From an uncultured Candidatus Rokubacteria bacterium (GTDB taxonomy: Bacteria; Methylomirabilota; Methylomirabilia; Rokubacteriales; CSP1-6): a stretch of DNA of 64,000 nt. The DNA is taken from positions 143,787-207,786 of the forward strand of contig CAVWFS010000016.1 in assembly GCA_963754315.1 (NCBI GenBank). The letters run 5' to 3'. The first letter of the stretch is position 1, and each line of letters begins with the position of its first letter. Positions 41,149-50,991 of the stretch are shown here, one piece after another. Below the pieces are notes generated by a model that saw nothing but the letters and a program-made list of their open reading frames with translations, was not told the DNA's origin and made no database searches. A program made the position numbers and the translations under genes.

Positions 41149-42477
41149 ATGAACCGTGATCAGCGCGGAGTCCCGGTGTCGTGCGCGAACCGGACGGCAC
41201 TGGATCTTTACGAGACGGCTCTTGGGCAGTACCAGAGCTACGTCGGCGATCCCATCGCCACCATCGACCAGGCCCTGGCCGCGGCGCCGGATTTCGTCCT
41301 CGGCCACCTGTTCCGCGCCATCGTGCTCATGACCTTCACCGAGCAGAGCTACGCCACTCAGGCGCGAGGAAGCGTCGAAGCTGGCGAGAGGCTCCTGTCG
41401 AGCGCGAACGAGCGGGAGCGCGGCCTCGCCCTCGCGGCACGTTGTCTGGTCGACGGTGACTGGGACGGCGCCTGCGTGGCGTTTGACCGTATCCTGGTCG
41501 ACCATCCGCTGGATGCCTTCGCGGCTCAGTCGGGGCATCTCATGGATTTCTTCCGCGGCGATGCCCTCAACCTCCGCAACCGCATTTCGCGTATCCTGCC
41601 CCACTGGACCCCGGTGGTCCCTGGTTACTCGTATCTGCTCGGGATGCACGCCTTCGGCTTGGAAGAGTGCAACCAGTACGCCCAGGCCGAGGAGGAGGGC
41701 CGCCGCGCCCTGGCCCTCGAGCCGAAGGACGGCTGGGCCGTGCACGCCGTGACCCACGTCATGGAAATGCAGGGCCGCATCGACGAGGGAATCACGTGGC
41801 TGGAGTCGCGGGAGAATGACTGGGCGCCCGACAACGGCTTTTCCTTCCACAACTACTGGCACCTGGCCCTCTACTATCTTGACCGTCAACGTTACGACCG
41901 CGCGCTCACCCTCTACGACACCCGTGTGCATCCGGAGCCACCCCAGACGGCCCTCCAGTTGCTCGATGCCACTGCGCTGCTGTGGCGTCTATTCCTGGAT
42001 GGTGTGGACCTTGGAGGGCGGGCCGGTGTTGTCGCCGATAACTGGGCAAAGCGGCTCGACGTGGAGCGTGGGTTCTACGCGTTCAACGACCTCCACGCCA
42101 TGATGGCCTTCGCCATGGCCGGCCGCGCGCCCGAGGCGGTGCACCTCCTGGACAACCTGCAGTGGACGGTTGAACACGGTCGGGGTACGAACGTCGCGAT
42201 GACACGCGAGGTGGGCTTGCCCGTCTGCCAGGCGATGCAGGCGTTCGGCCAGGGGCAGTACGCGGCCGCCATCGAGCGGCTGCAAGCAGCACGAGACGGG
42301 GCCCACCGCTTCGGAGGAAGCCACGCTCAGCGAGACGTGCTGACCCTGACCCTGATCGAAGCAGCCCTGCGTAGTGGCCAACCTGCCATCGCGCGCCACT
42401 ACATCGCCGAGCGCACCGTGCACAAGCCGGCGAGCCGCTGGGGCTGGCGCCTTCTCGCTCGCACGAAGCCCCGCTGA
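41149..42477 (+). CDS. TTC38-like tetratricopeptide repeat protein
   Basis: GMHAFGLEE, DGWAVHAVTHVMEMQGR, HNYWHLAL, FNDLHA, GGSHAQRDV. Confidence 0.88.
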   Translation: MNRDQRGVPVSCANRTALDLYETALGQYQSYVGDPIATIDQALAAAPDFVLGHLFRAIVLMTFTEQSYATQARGSVEAGERLLSSANERERGLALAARCLVDGDWDGACVAFDRILVDHPLDAFAAQSGHLMDFFRGDALNLRNRISRILPHWTPVVPGYSYLLGMHAFGLEECNQYAQAEEEGRRALALEPKDGWAVHAVTHVMEMQGRIDEGITWLESRENDWAPDNGFSFHNYWHLALYYLDRQRYDRALTLYDTRVHPEPPQTALQLLDATALLWRLFLDGVDLGGRAGVVADNWAKRLDVERGFYAFNDLHAMMAFAMAGRAPEAVHLLDNLQWTVEHGRGTNVAMTREVGLPVCQAMQAFGQGQYAAAIERLQAARDGAHRFGGSHAQRDVLTLTLIEAALRSGQPAIARHYIAERTVHKPASRWGWRLLARTKPR

Positions 42478-42485
42478 CATCGAGA

Positions 42486-42521
42486 TCCCGGGCGTGCCCT
42501 CATCCCTGAGCGCGCCCGGGA
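42486..42521 (+). terminator. GC-rich hairpin after the TPR gene
   Basis: TCCCGGGCGTG...CTCA-tccc-TGAG-CGCGCCCGGGA imperfect stem. Confidence 0.4.
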
Positions 42522-42597
42522 CGGCGCGACTACTTGCTGGCCTCGTCCAACCGGTATGATTCATCCTGAGGCACGAACGGCACCGGTGAGATGAGCC

Positions 42598-44248
42598 ATG
42601 AGAACAACGACCGATGTCTTGATCGTGGGAGCGGGCCCGGTGGGCCTCATGCTGGCTGGCGAACTGCAACGCCGCGGGGTGGACTATGTCCTCGTCGAGC
42701 GCGAGCGTGAGCCCGTCCCCTTCTGTAAGGCCCTGGGCGTCACTCCGCGCACGCTCGAGATCTGGGACCAGATCGGAGTGCTCGAGCATGCGCTGCATCG
42801 CGGACGGTTCATGGCCGGATTCATGGCACTTGTCGAAGGTCGAGCGGCAACCGAGGAGCGGATCGCGCTGGGCTCCATGCCCTATGGGTTCCTCACCATC
42901 AGCCAGTTCGACACCGAGGCCATCCTGCGAAGCCATCTGCAACGCCACGGCGGTGCGCCCGCAGTCCGGCTGGGCACTGGTCAGCTTCGAGGCAACCGAT
43001 CGTTGCGTCCGGGCTCGCCTCGCAGGGCCGGATCGGACGGAGTCCCTGGTGGAATGCCGATACCTGGTGGGTTGCGATGGCGCCCACAGCACGGTGCGCA
43101 AGGGGGCGGGCCTCGAGTTCGCGGGTGACAGCTATCCGATGACCTTCATGCTGGGGGACGTCCGCCTGCATTGGAGCTTGCCCCGCGGGTGGGGATATCG
43201 CTCACCCCATGTCGTCGACGGGGAACTCAGGAACACGCTGGTGTGTATTCCGGTTCCAGGGGACCGGGAACGCTATCGCCTATCCATGGCGGCGCCGCTC
43301 GCCTACTGGGACGACGGGGCCGACCTGAGCACTCCGCCGTCGCTGGCGCTGCTGACCGAGACCATGGCACCCATGGTGGCCAGCGGCACGACGATCTCCG
43401 ACCTGCATTGGTCGTCGTTCTACCGCATCAGCCACCGCATCGCTCCCCGTTACAGCACGGGCCCCATTTTCATCGCTGGCGATGCCGCCCACATACATCC
43501 CCCCGTCGGCGGTCAGGGCATGAACACCGGCCTGCAGGACGCATTCAACCTCGGTTGGAAGCTGGCGCTCGCCGTGCAGGGCCGCGCCGGCGCCGACCTG
43601 CTCGATAGCTATGATGCCGAGCGCCGGCCGGTAGGACTCGATGTCGTGAATCGAACGACTCATCGGATGGATGAGGCTATAACGAACCAGGGCGACGTGA
43701 AGTTCGACCAGTGGATGCAGGACTCACAGCTGCTCGTGAGCTACCGAGGCACCCGCTGGGTAGCGGAGGACGTCGCCCAGTCGGCCATGGCCGGCGGGCC
43801 CCGTCCGGGCGACCGCGCCAGAGAAGCGACCGGCCTGCGGCGCGAGTGGGTGTCGCAGCCGACTCGATTGACCGAGCTGCTCCGCCACCCCGGCCACACG
43901 CTCGTCATCTATTTCGGCCCGGAGACGATCGAAGCCCATTATCAGCAAGCCACGGTCCTGGCCGATGCGCTGCGCAGCCGACACGGCGAGGCCATCGCGA
44001 TCTATGGCGTGGCAGCGGCCGGCGCTCAGATCCTCGACCTCGAACGCCTTGCCTTCCTCGTCGACGCGGACGGGACGTTCAAGGCTGCCTACGACCCGAC
44101 GCCAGCCGCGCTCTACCTGTTCCGGCCCGACGGGCACGTCGGCTATCGCTCCGACCGGATCGACCGCGAGCGACTGGAGGCCTACCTGCAGCGGATATTC
44201 GGCGAGCGACCCGGTATGATCCCTCCAGGAGGGACGAAACGCGCATGA
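42598..44248 (+). CDS. FAD-dependent monooxygenase (FAD_binding_3, aromatic hydroxylase type; apparent frameshift near 42955)
   Basis: GAGPVGL, YLVGCDGAHSTVRK, AGDAAHIHPPVGGQGMNTGLQDAFNLGWKL, RPDGHV. Confidence 0.92.
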
Positions 44249-44331
44249 GCGTCCACGATCACCTGCCTATCCCCGATCTCGGCCTCACGGGCGCCGAGGC
44301 CGATATCGTTCCGCAGTTGCCCTCACCGTAG
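44245..44331 (+). pseudogene. 28-aa ORF translationally coupled to the monooxygenase; probable truncated gene
   Basis: AGGAGG upstream, ATGA overlap, MSVHDHLPIPDLGLTGAEADIVPQLPSP*. Confidence 0.35.
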
Positions 44332-44351
44332 TCAGGCGAGAATATTCCAAG

Positions 44352-45650
44352 GTGCCACGCCCCCCGGTCGTCCTGGCGGTCCTGCCTCAGCTCATCCCGT
44401 CGACCATGATCGGCGTGGTGAAGCCCCTGCGCGCCCTCCACCGTCAAGGACGCATCGTCTTCGATGTGGCGCTCGAGGCGTGGGTTGGTCAGCGGCAGCT
44501 GGTCGCCGCCGATGTCGTCGTCTTCTGTCGTAATACGGAGCCGCGGTTTGGCGGGACCCTCGAGGCGGCCTTGCAGCGGCACGTGCCCATCATCTATGAG
44601 CTCGACGACGACTTCTTCGTGATGCCCCCCGAGGCGCCGGGGGGTCAATATCACCGCGACCCGGCCCGACTCGCCCAGCTCGAGCGCTACCTGCGCGGGG
44701 CGGCGCTGGTGCGGGTCTACTCGGAAGCGCTCCACACCCGGCTCACTGCCTTGAACCCGCGCGTGCATCGTGTGGAGGCGCTGGTCGACTGGGATCTGAT
44801 CCCCACCATGCCGGCCACGCGCTCGTCCGCGCCGCTCAGGATCGTCTACGCGACGAGCCGGATAGCAGACCCCGTCGCGAAGATCTTCATGGTGGACCTG
44901 CGCCGCGTGCTGGACACGTACCGCGGGCGCGTGGAGGCGTGGTTCTGGGGCTACCAGCCGCCAGAGCTGGCCGGGCGGACGGACGTCCACTTCATGGACT
45001 TCCTGCAGGATTACGACGCCTTCTATCGCCGATTCGCCGGCTTCGGCTTCGACATCGGGTTGGCTCCGCTCCCCGACGACGAGTTTTATCGCGCGAAGAG
45101 CAACAACAAGTTTCGCGAATACGCGGCGAGCCGTGTTGCCGGCATCTACTCCGACATGGTCGTGTATCGAGACTGCGTGGACGATGGCCGGACGGGCTTG
45201 CTCGTGCCCGACGCCCCCGACGGCTGGTTCACCGCCATGAGGCGCCTGATCGACGACGGACCCCTCCGGGCCCGCATCCAGCAGGAGGCCTGGACGTATG
45301 CCAGAGAACGCTATGGGGTTGCGCAAGCCGCCGAGGCGTGGCTGGCCCACATCGACGCCGCCCGTAGCCGCCGGGCGGAGACGCCCTCACCGACGCCGCG
45401 CGGTTGGGCAGCCTATCGACCAGGCGGGCCCCCGTGCCGCCACCACCCCGGCCCGGATGACGCGCGTGGCGCGCCGTGTCGTCGAAATCCTGCAGGGACA
45501 ACCAGCGCCCGCCACTCTTGCCCTCGCGGAAAGGATCACATGGCATCTGCGTTCGCTCGGTCTCCTTGGCCCGGCTCCGAAGAGGAGCTGGCCCGCGAGG
45601 GACGGGCGGCCCGCCGCTCGACGTTGAGATCGGCCCACGACTCGCTGTGA
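44352..45650 (+). CDS. GT-B (GT4-like) glycosyltransferase; C-terminus uncertain
   Basis: IIYELDDDFF, DIGLAPLPDDEFYRAKSNNKFREYAA, DGRTGLLV. Confidence 0.85.
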   Translation: MPRPPVVLAVLPQLIPSTMIGVVKPLRALHRQGRIVFDVALEAWVGQRQLVAADVVVFCRNTEPRFGGTLEAALQRHVPIIYELDDDFFVMPPEAPGGQYHRDPARLAQLERYLRGAALVRVYSEALHTRLTALNPRVHRVEALVDWDLIPTMPATRSSAPLRIVYATSRIADPVAKIFMVDLRRVLDTYRGRVEAWFWGYQPPELAGRTDVHFMDFLQDYDAFYRRFAGFGFDIGLAPLPDDEFYRAKSNNKFREYAASRVAGIYSDMVVYRDCVDDGRTGLLVPDAPDGWFTAMRRLIDDGPLRARIQQEAWTYARERYGVAQAAEAWLAHIDAARSRRAETPSPTPRGWAAYRPGGPPCRHHPGPDDARGAPCRRNPAGTTSARHSCPRGKDHMASAFARSPWPGSEEELAREGRAARRSTLRSAHDSL

Positions 45651-48186
45651 AAGCCGAGGTAGCAGAAAGGGGACCACCTTTGCGGGTGAGCCGGCTCAGG
45701 ACGCGGTTGATGAGGGAGTCGGACCGCAGGCCGTGCTCGTAGAGGCTGATCCGCGTATCTGGGGCCCGCTTGCTCGAGGTCGAAGCGCAGGAGCATTCGG
45801 CGGTGGCGGCTGTCGGCGATCGGAGGGAAGACGAAACGAAACAGTCCGTTGTCCACGGCCTCGGTCAGGTCACTGGCGATGCGGCGAAGCGGTCGGTCAA
45901 CCACGCCGTCGGCGTAGATCGACAGCACCAGCTGGCCGGCGGCCTGCCGCTGATGCAGACCGAGGATCACGTCCAACGTCGTCCAGCCATCGTCCTCTGG
46001 CACCAGCTCGTAGAATCGGGTGCCCATCAGCCGCGGAGAGGCCGACATTCCGGTCACCGAGACACCGCGCCTGGGTTGCCGGGCTCGCAGCACGTCCCGG
46101 TGGAGCGGTGGCGAGCGATTCGCCAGAGAAGTTGATGCCAGGCGCAGAGGGTGGCGTCGAGGGTATGAGCCTGGGTGAAGAGGTCGCGGGCGGCCCGGCG
46201 GAGGCGGCGGCGGAGGGGGCCGTCCTCGATCAACTGCGCCATGGCGCGTTCCCAGGCAACCGCCGTGTTCTCAACGAGCAGACCGTGAATGCCGTCGATC
46301 ATCGGGCGCTGGTAGGTCGGAACGCGCGAGCAGACGATCGCCAACCCGGCCCAGGCGTAGTCCCGAAACTTTGTGGCCTGCTTGGCGACGTTGAACTCCG
46401 TGTCATCGAGGGGCGCGAGGCCGATGTCCCAGCCGCGGCTGCGCAGTAGCTGGAGGCTCTCCGCCCAGCTCATCACGCGCGTGGACTGCCACGTGAAGAG
46501 GTCGGCGCTGTCACGGGGGATCTCACGGCTCGAGATGATCTCGAACTCGATCCTGGAGCCAAATCGTTGCTTGATGTTGCGGACCGCCTCGCGGACGCAG
46601 GGCGGCGCCACGTCCCATTGAAGCCCGAAGAAGCCAAGCTTGAGCGACTGTTTGTCCTCGTCACCGTCAGCAGGAAGGGGCTCCAGGGGGAGCTGGCTCG
46701 TGTCGAAGCCGTAGATGGCCTCCATCACATTCGGGTTGTAGCGACGGCTCCGCTCGCTCAGGGGCGGCGTACTGGTCGCGACCAGAGAGCACTCCCGCAA
46801 GAAGCGATCCATGGCCACCCGGACCATCACATGGGCGTGATACTTGCCGAGGGGAGTGGTGGGCGGCAGCGCGTAGAAGTCATCGTCCCAGGCACAGACG
46901 ACGGCCGTGTCCGCCTCCTCGGCCCACGCGAGCAGCGGGACGGTCTCCGGCACGAAGGCGCGAACGAGAAGGACCGCATCGCAGCGTTCCACGTCGGCGC
47001 GGCGAGTCTCCGCGGGCTGAACATACTTGAACCGTATTCGGCCTTGTTGCTCGAGGGCGCGCGCGGCGGGCAAGGCGTCGATATGCGTGCTCGTCACGCT
47101 CTCGTGGGCGATCACCAGGAGACGGACGGAGGAGTGTCGCCGTGAGGCGAGGAACGACACCTCCCGCAGCCACTCCTGTTGCATGGGAAGCAGGGCGTAG
47201 GTGGTGGCCGCATCTTCCAGCGCGCGCCGTCGAATGCGCTTCCGCAGATCGGCGTCGCAGACCAGGGCCCGCATGGCCTCGTACATGCCTTGCTCGGTGT
47301 GGGGGGCCAGGTAGCCCGTCTCGCCGTGCCGGACCGACGATGCGTAGACCGGCATGTCCGAGTAGATCCCGGGAATGCCGAGCGCCGCGTACTCGCGATA
47401 CTTGTTGTTGGTCTTCGCTCGGTTCTCGGCGCTATCCCGTAAGGGAGCCAGCCCGATGGCCCAGCCCGCGCTTCGCAGGTAGCCGTGGTACTCGCGGATG
47501 TCGTCGACGTACGGCAGGTGCGTCACCTTTTGGTGGTTTTGGAGACCCACGGGGAGACAGTCGACGAACTCGGCCCGCACGGGTCGGTCGGACGAATCCA
47601 GAATCTGGCGCAAGGGCTCGACGATCACCTCCAGATCGGGCGCGTGCAGGTAGCGGCCGCCGTAGCCGATGGTGAGAGGCCCGTCGACGTCGTTGTCGTC
47701 GATGGATCTCAGGTCCCACCCATGATCCTCGACGAAACTGGGAAGACGGCCGACATGCACCTGACGGCACCGGTCGCGAACGCGATCCGCCATTTCGCCC
47801 GTGAACACCCAGACCAGGTCGGCCTGTCGGATCATTTGGTCCCGGCCGTCCTTCATCTCCGGCTGACTGTAGAACTGGCCCAGCGGCGTGGCCGGGTCCA
47901 GGGCGTCGAAGTCGTCGTCGGGACAGTACACGGTGGGCAGGCCGCGTTTCTGGGCCAGCTCCAAGAGCGCTGCTTCCTCCGGCCGGGTGCAGCGCAAGAA
48001 GAGGACCGCGTCCGCCGTCTCGATCGCGTGCTTGAGATCGGTGAAGGAGAGTTCTGACTCGTCGCAGGCCTGATAGTCCCAGGCGCCCTGGAGGTGGAGC
48101 CCGGTGAAGACCCGGTCCAGAATGGACGCGGAGGCGATTCTTCCCTCCGTCACCATGACGAACCTCAACGGCGTCAAGGGTCTCAT
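45536..48186 (-). CDS. Tandem double GT4-like glycosyltransferase with C-terminal beta-sandwich domain (apparent frameshifts near 46085 and 45750)
   Basis: Two repeats of DDDF...GLAPL.D...N.AK...K.R[E/D]Y...GxxG.L; tail FRFVFPPIADS in ORF 45536-46093. Confidence 0.82.
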
Positions 48187-48259
48187 GGAATTTTCCGTGG
48201 CCTATCTTGCCTTGGCCGTGGAAGCTGGGTCAAGGTGCGCGCGCAAGAATCGGCGCCGG

Positions 48260-49651
48260 TTAGGGTTTGGGAGGTTCTTGCACAATCGAACGGTGGAGAC
48301 CGTCGTCTGGCGCAAAGTCTCCGTTGACGTCGCGCCATATCGTGGGATAGCGGCGCGCGACCCGGCGCGCATGCGGCGTGGCCGCGTCCCGGAGATTGAT
48401 ATAGTGCTCCTGGGCCACCCCGTACATCTGGTGGACGCCCGGGAGGTACCAGAATGCCTCCTCCTCGCTCAACACTAGCTTCTCTGGATTAGCGAGATAA
48501 TAGCGGGCCTCGCGTTCGGCGCGAACCATGAGCTCGTTCCACAGTTGTCGCGTCTGGTGTGTCCCGGGCAGCACCACAGCGAGAACGACGAGCAGACCGA
48601 CCAGCTGTCGCCTTCTCGACAAATACACGGTCGCCAGGTAGCCACCCCATGCCAGCATCAGCATGTGGATAACAAAGGGAACGCGATACCACGGGCGGGG
48701 TGGCGCATACGCGTGCAGGATGGCGTAGGCGACAGGGTATATGGCGGCAAAGGCGGCGGCGATCAGCAGCCCCATCAATATGGCCACGCGGCGGCTGTCG
48801 GCGCGGGGAATGAGGACCGAGAGCAGGACGAGACCGACGATGCCGGCATAGACCACGTGACCCCCCAGTTGGCGGAAAAGGTGAATGGAAATACCGCGAG
48901 CGAGCGCAGATAGTCAGCCGGACCTAAGAATGGCATGGTGTAGGCGAGGCTGTGGCCGAGCGGCCACAGCCGGTAGGGCACATAGAGTACGAGCCAGGAC
49001 CACAGAGACGAGGACATAGGCGGGCGGCGGCGAAAGAGGCCGGCGATAAGCAGATAGACGGGGACAATGGCCACGAAAATTTCTTTGTAGAGCATGGAGG
49101 TCGCTGCCAGCAACAGGATGGTCAGCAGACGCCACGTGAGACCCCATCCGCGGTGCTCGGCGGCCGCCGTCTTCTCCGCGACGAGGGCGGTCGCGAGGGC
49201 GAACAGCAGCCCTTCCATGTAATGACGCGTTGCCAGGAACTGATGGACCACCAAGGTTGGGGGGAGGATGAGCCAGAGCACCACGATGGTAAAGCTCACG
49301 ACGCGATCCGCGAACCAGTGGACCAGCACGGTGTAGAACAACAGCGTGGTGGCCAGGAGCGACAGAGCGAGTGGAGATAGGCTACGAGGGGAGAATAGCC
49401 GGCCAGCTTGACGTCGAGCCAGTATGAAAGCAATTGCATGGGGACGAGGGCGTGGCCGCTCCCAAAGCCTTGCAAGGTCGTGTGGTCAGTGAAAATGTGA
49501 AGGGGGTTGGTGATCTGGGCTGCGTAATAAAATTGAAGAGGGTCGTCTTCGTACCACCACTTGAAGATTGAGCGCAGGTACGCGACCGAGATGGCCAGGG
49601 CAAGCCGACCAGCGCGCTGCGAGGGGCGTCAAGGGATCGCGGAGTGCGCAT
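48260..49651 (-). CDS. Polytopic membrane protein, GT-C-like (several apparent frameshifts)
   Basis: Fragments KWWYEDDPLQF, TRHYMEGLLF, SMLYKE, PWYR across ORFs 49382-49687, 48775-49341 and 48260-48856. Confidence 0.6.
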
Positions 49652-49778
49652 ACGCGAGTTTGGCGTCGAGATACTGGCGGACACCACCCCACCCGAAGCG
49701 GAGCTGGGCGCCCTCGCGCAAGGATCATGGGTGATGCGTTTCGAAGATGCCCACGGTCAGGGGCGCGGGCCGGCGAGG
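49646..49778. repeat. Diverged direct repeat copy 1 (orphan 3' tail of a glycosyltransferase gene)
   Basis: Shares atactggcgga, cacccgaagcggagctgggcg, tgcgtttcgaagatgcc and gggccggcgagg with 50997-51130. Confidence 0.9.
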
Positions 49779-49819
49779 GCGCCCCAGGTCTCGGGCCTGA
49801 TCAGGCGTAAGATGAGCCG

Positions 49820-50900
49820 ATGAGACTCAACGCCCGGCGCATCGTGCGCGGCTCGGCCAAGATCCTGCTCCTCATCATCATTACGTTCCTTTCCGCCGAG
49901 CTGAGTTTGCGGTGTGTACCATTACTTCAACCCCGTCTTCATATTTCCATCCAATTCCTATGACCGGTTCCGCCGCAAACCCTTCTCCCCGGACTATGAT
50001 TTCCGGCTCAACTCGAAGGGCTTCAAGGATATCGAGTTCAAGAAGGAAAAGGAACCGGGAGTCTATCGCATGCTGGGAATTGGCGACTCCTTCACGTTCG
50101 GGATCGTCCCGTATCAGCACAATTATTTGACCCTTCTGGAAGGCATGCTCAATTCACGCAAGGGTGGGCCACGATATGAAGTGATCAATATGGGCATCCC
50201 GGGCGGGAGCCTGGACGACTATCTCGCGCTGCTGGTGCGAGAAGGACTCGAGCTGGATCCGGATCTCGTCCTGGTTTCAGTCTTTCTGGGGAACGATCTT
50301 ATCGAGACCGGCCAGCCCCGAAGGGTGACGTCCTACGTCGCCTCCCTGGCGAGATTTCTTTGGAAGGTTCCAGAGTTTCTGGCCGCGGGCCAAATCAACC
50401 CCTGGTCTACGTATGAAGAGGACCAGCCCACGTTTTCTTATGAGCGGTTCCTCGATATCGAAGTAGCACGGGCCCCCATCTACGTCGTGACGAATCCCGA
50501 CACCGAAAAATGGACTCGTAATGCCGTGAAATACATGGATGAAATCGACCGAATATGCGGCTTTAGGAACATCCGCGTCCTGTTCGTTCTGATCCCGGAC
50601 GAGTTGCAAATCGATGCCGGTCTTCAGCGGGCGGTCATCCAAAAAGGGAAGGTACCCGCTCGGGAGATGGAGTTTTCGCTGCCCAACAGGATGCTCGCCT
50701 TAGAGCTTGAAAAAACCGGCATAGCGTATGTCGACCTCCTGGAACCGTTCCGGAGAGTGTCCGCTCACACGCGGCTGTACAAGCTATACGACACCCACTG
50801 GAATATCGCCGGAAACCGGCTGGCCGCGGAAAGTATCTACAGGTATATGGTCAACGGTGCTCCGCGATTCAAACCATTGCAAGGCGCCGTCAATCCCTGA
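49820..50900 (+). CDS. Membrane-anchored SGNH/GDSL protein, paralog of 29966-31038 (apparent frameshift near 49912)
   Basis: LGIGDSFTFG, EVINMGIPG, FLGND, DTHWNIAGNRLAAE; long stretches identical to the 30-kb copy. Confidence 0.88.
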
Positions 50901-50991
50901 GAGGCGAGTTTGTCGAGGGCAGGTGGCCACGCCGCTCGACCGCCGGCGGACGACCGGAGAGAGCAGAGGCTGGGGGGCAATCAACGGGTGC

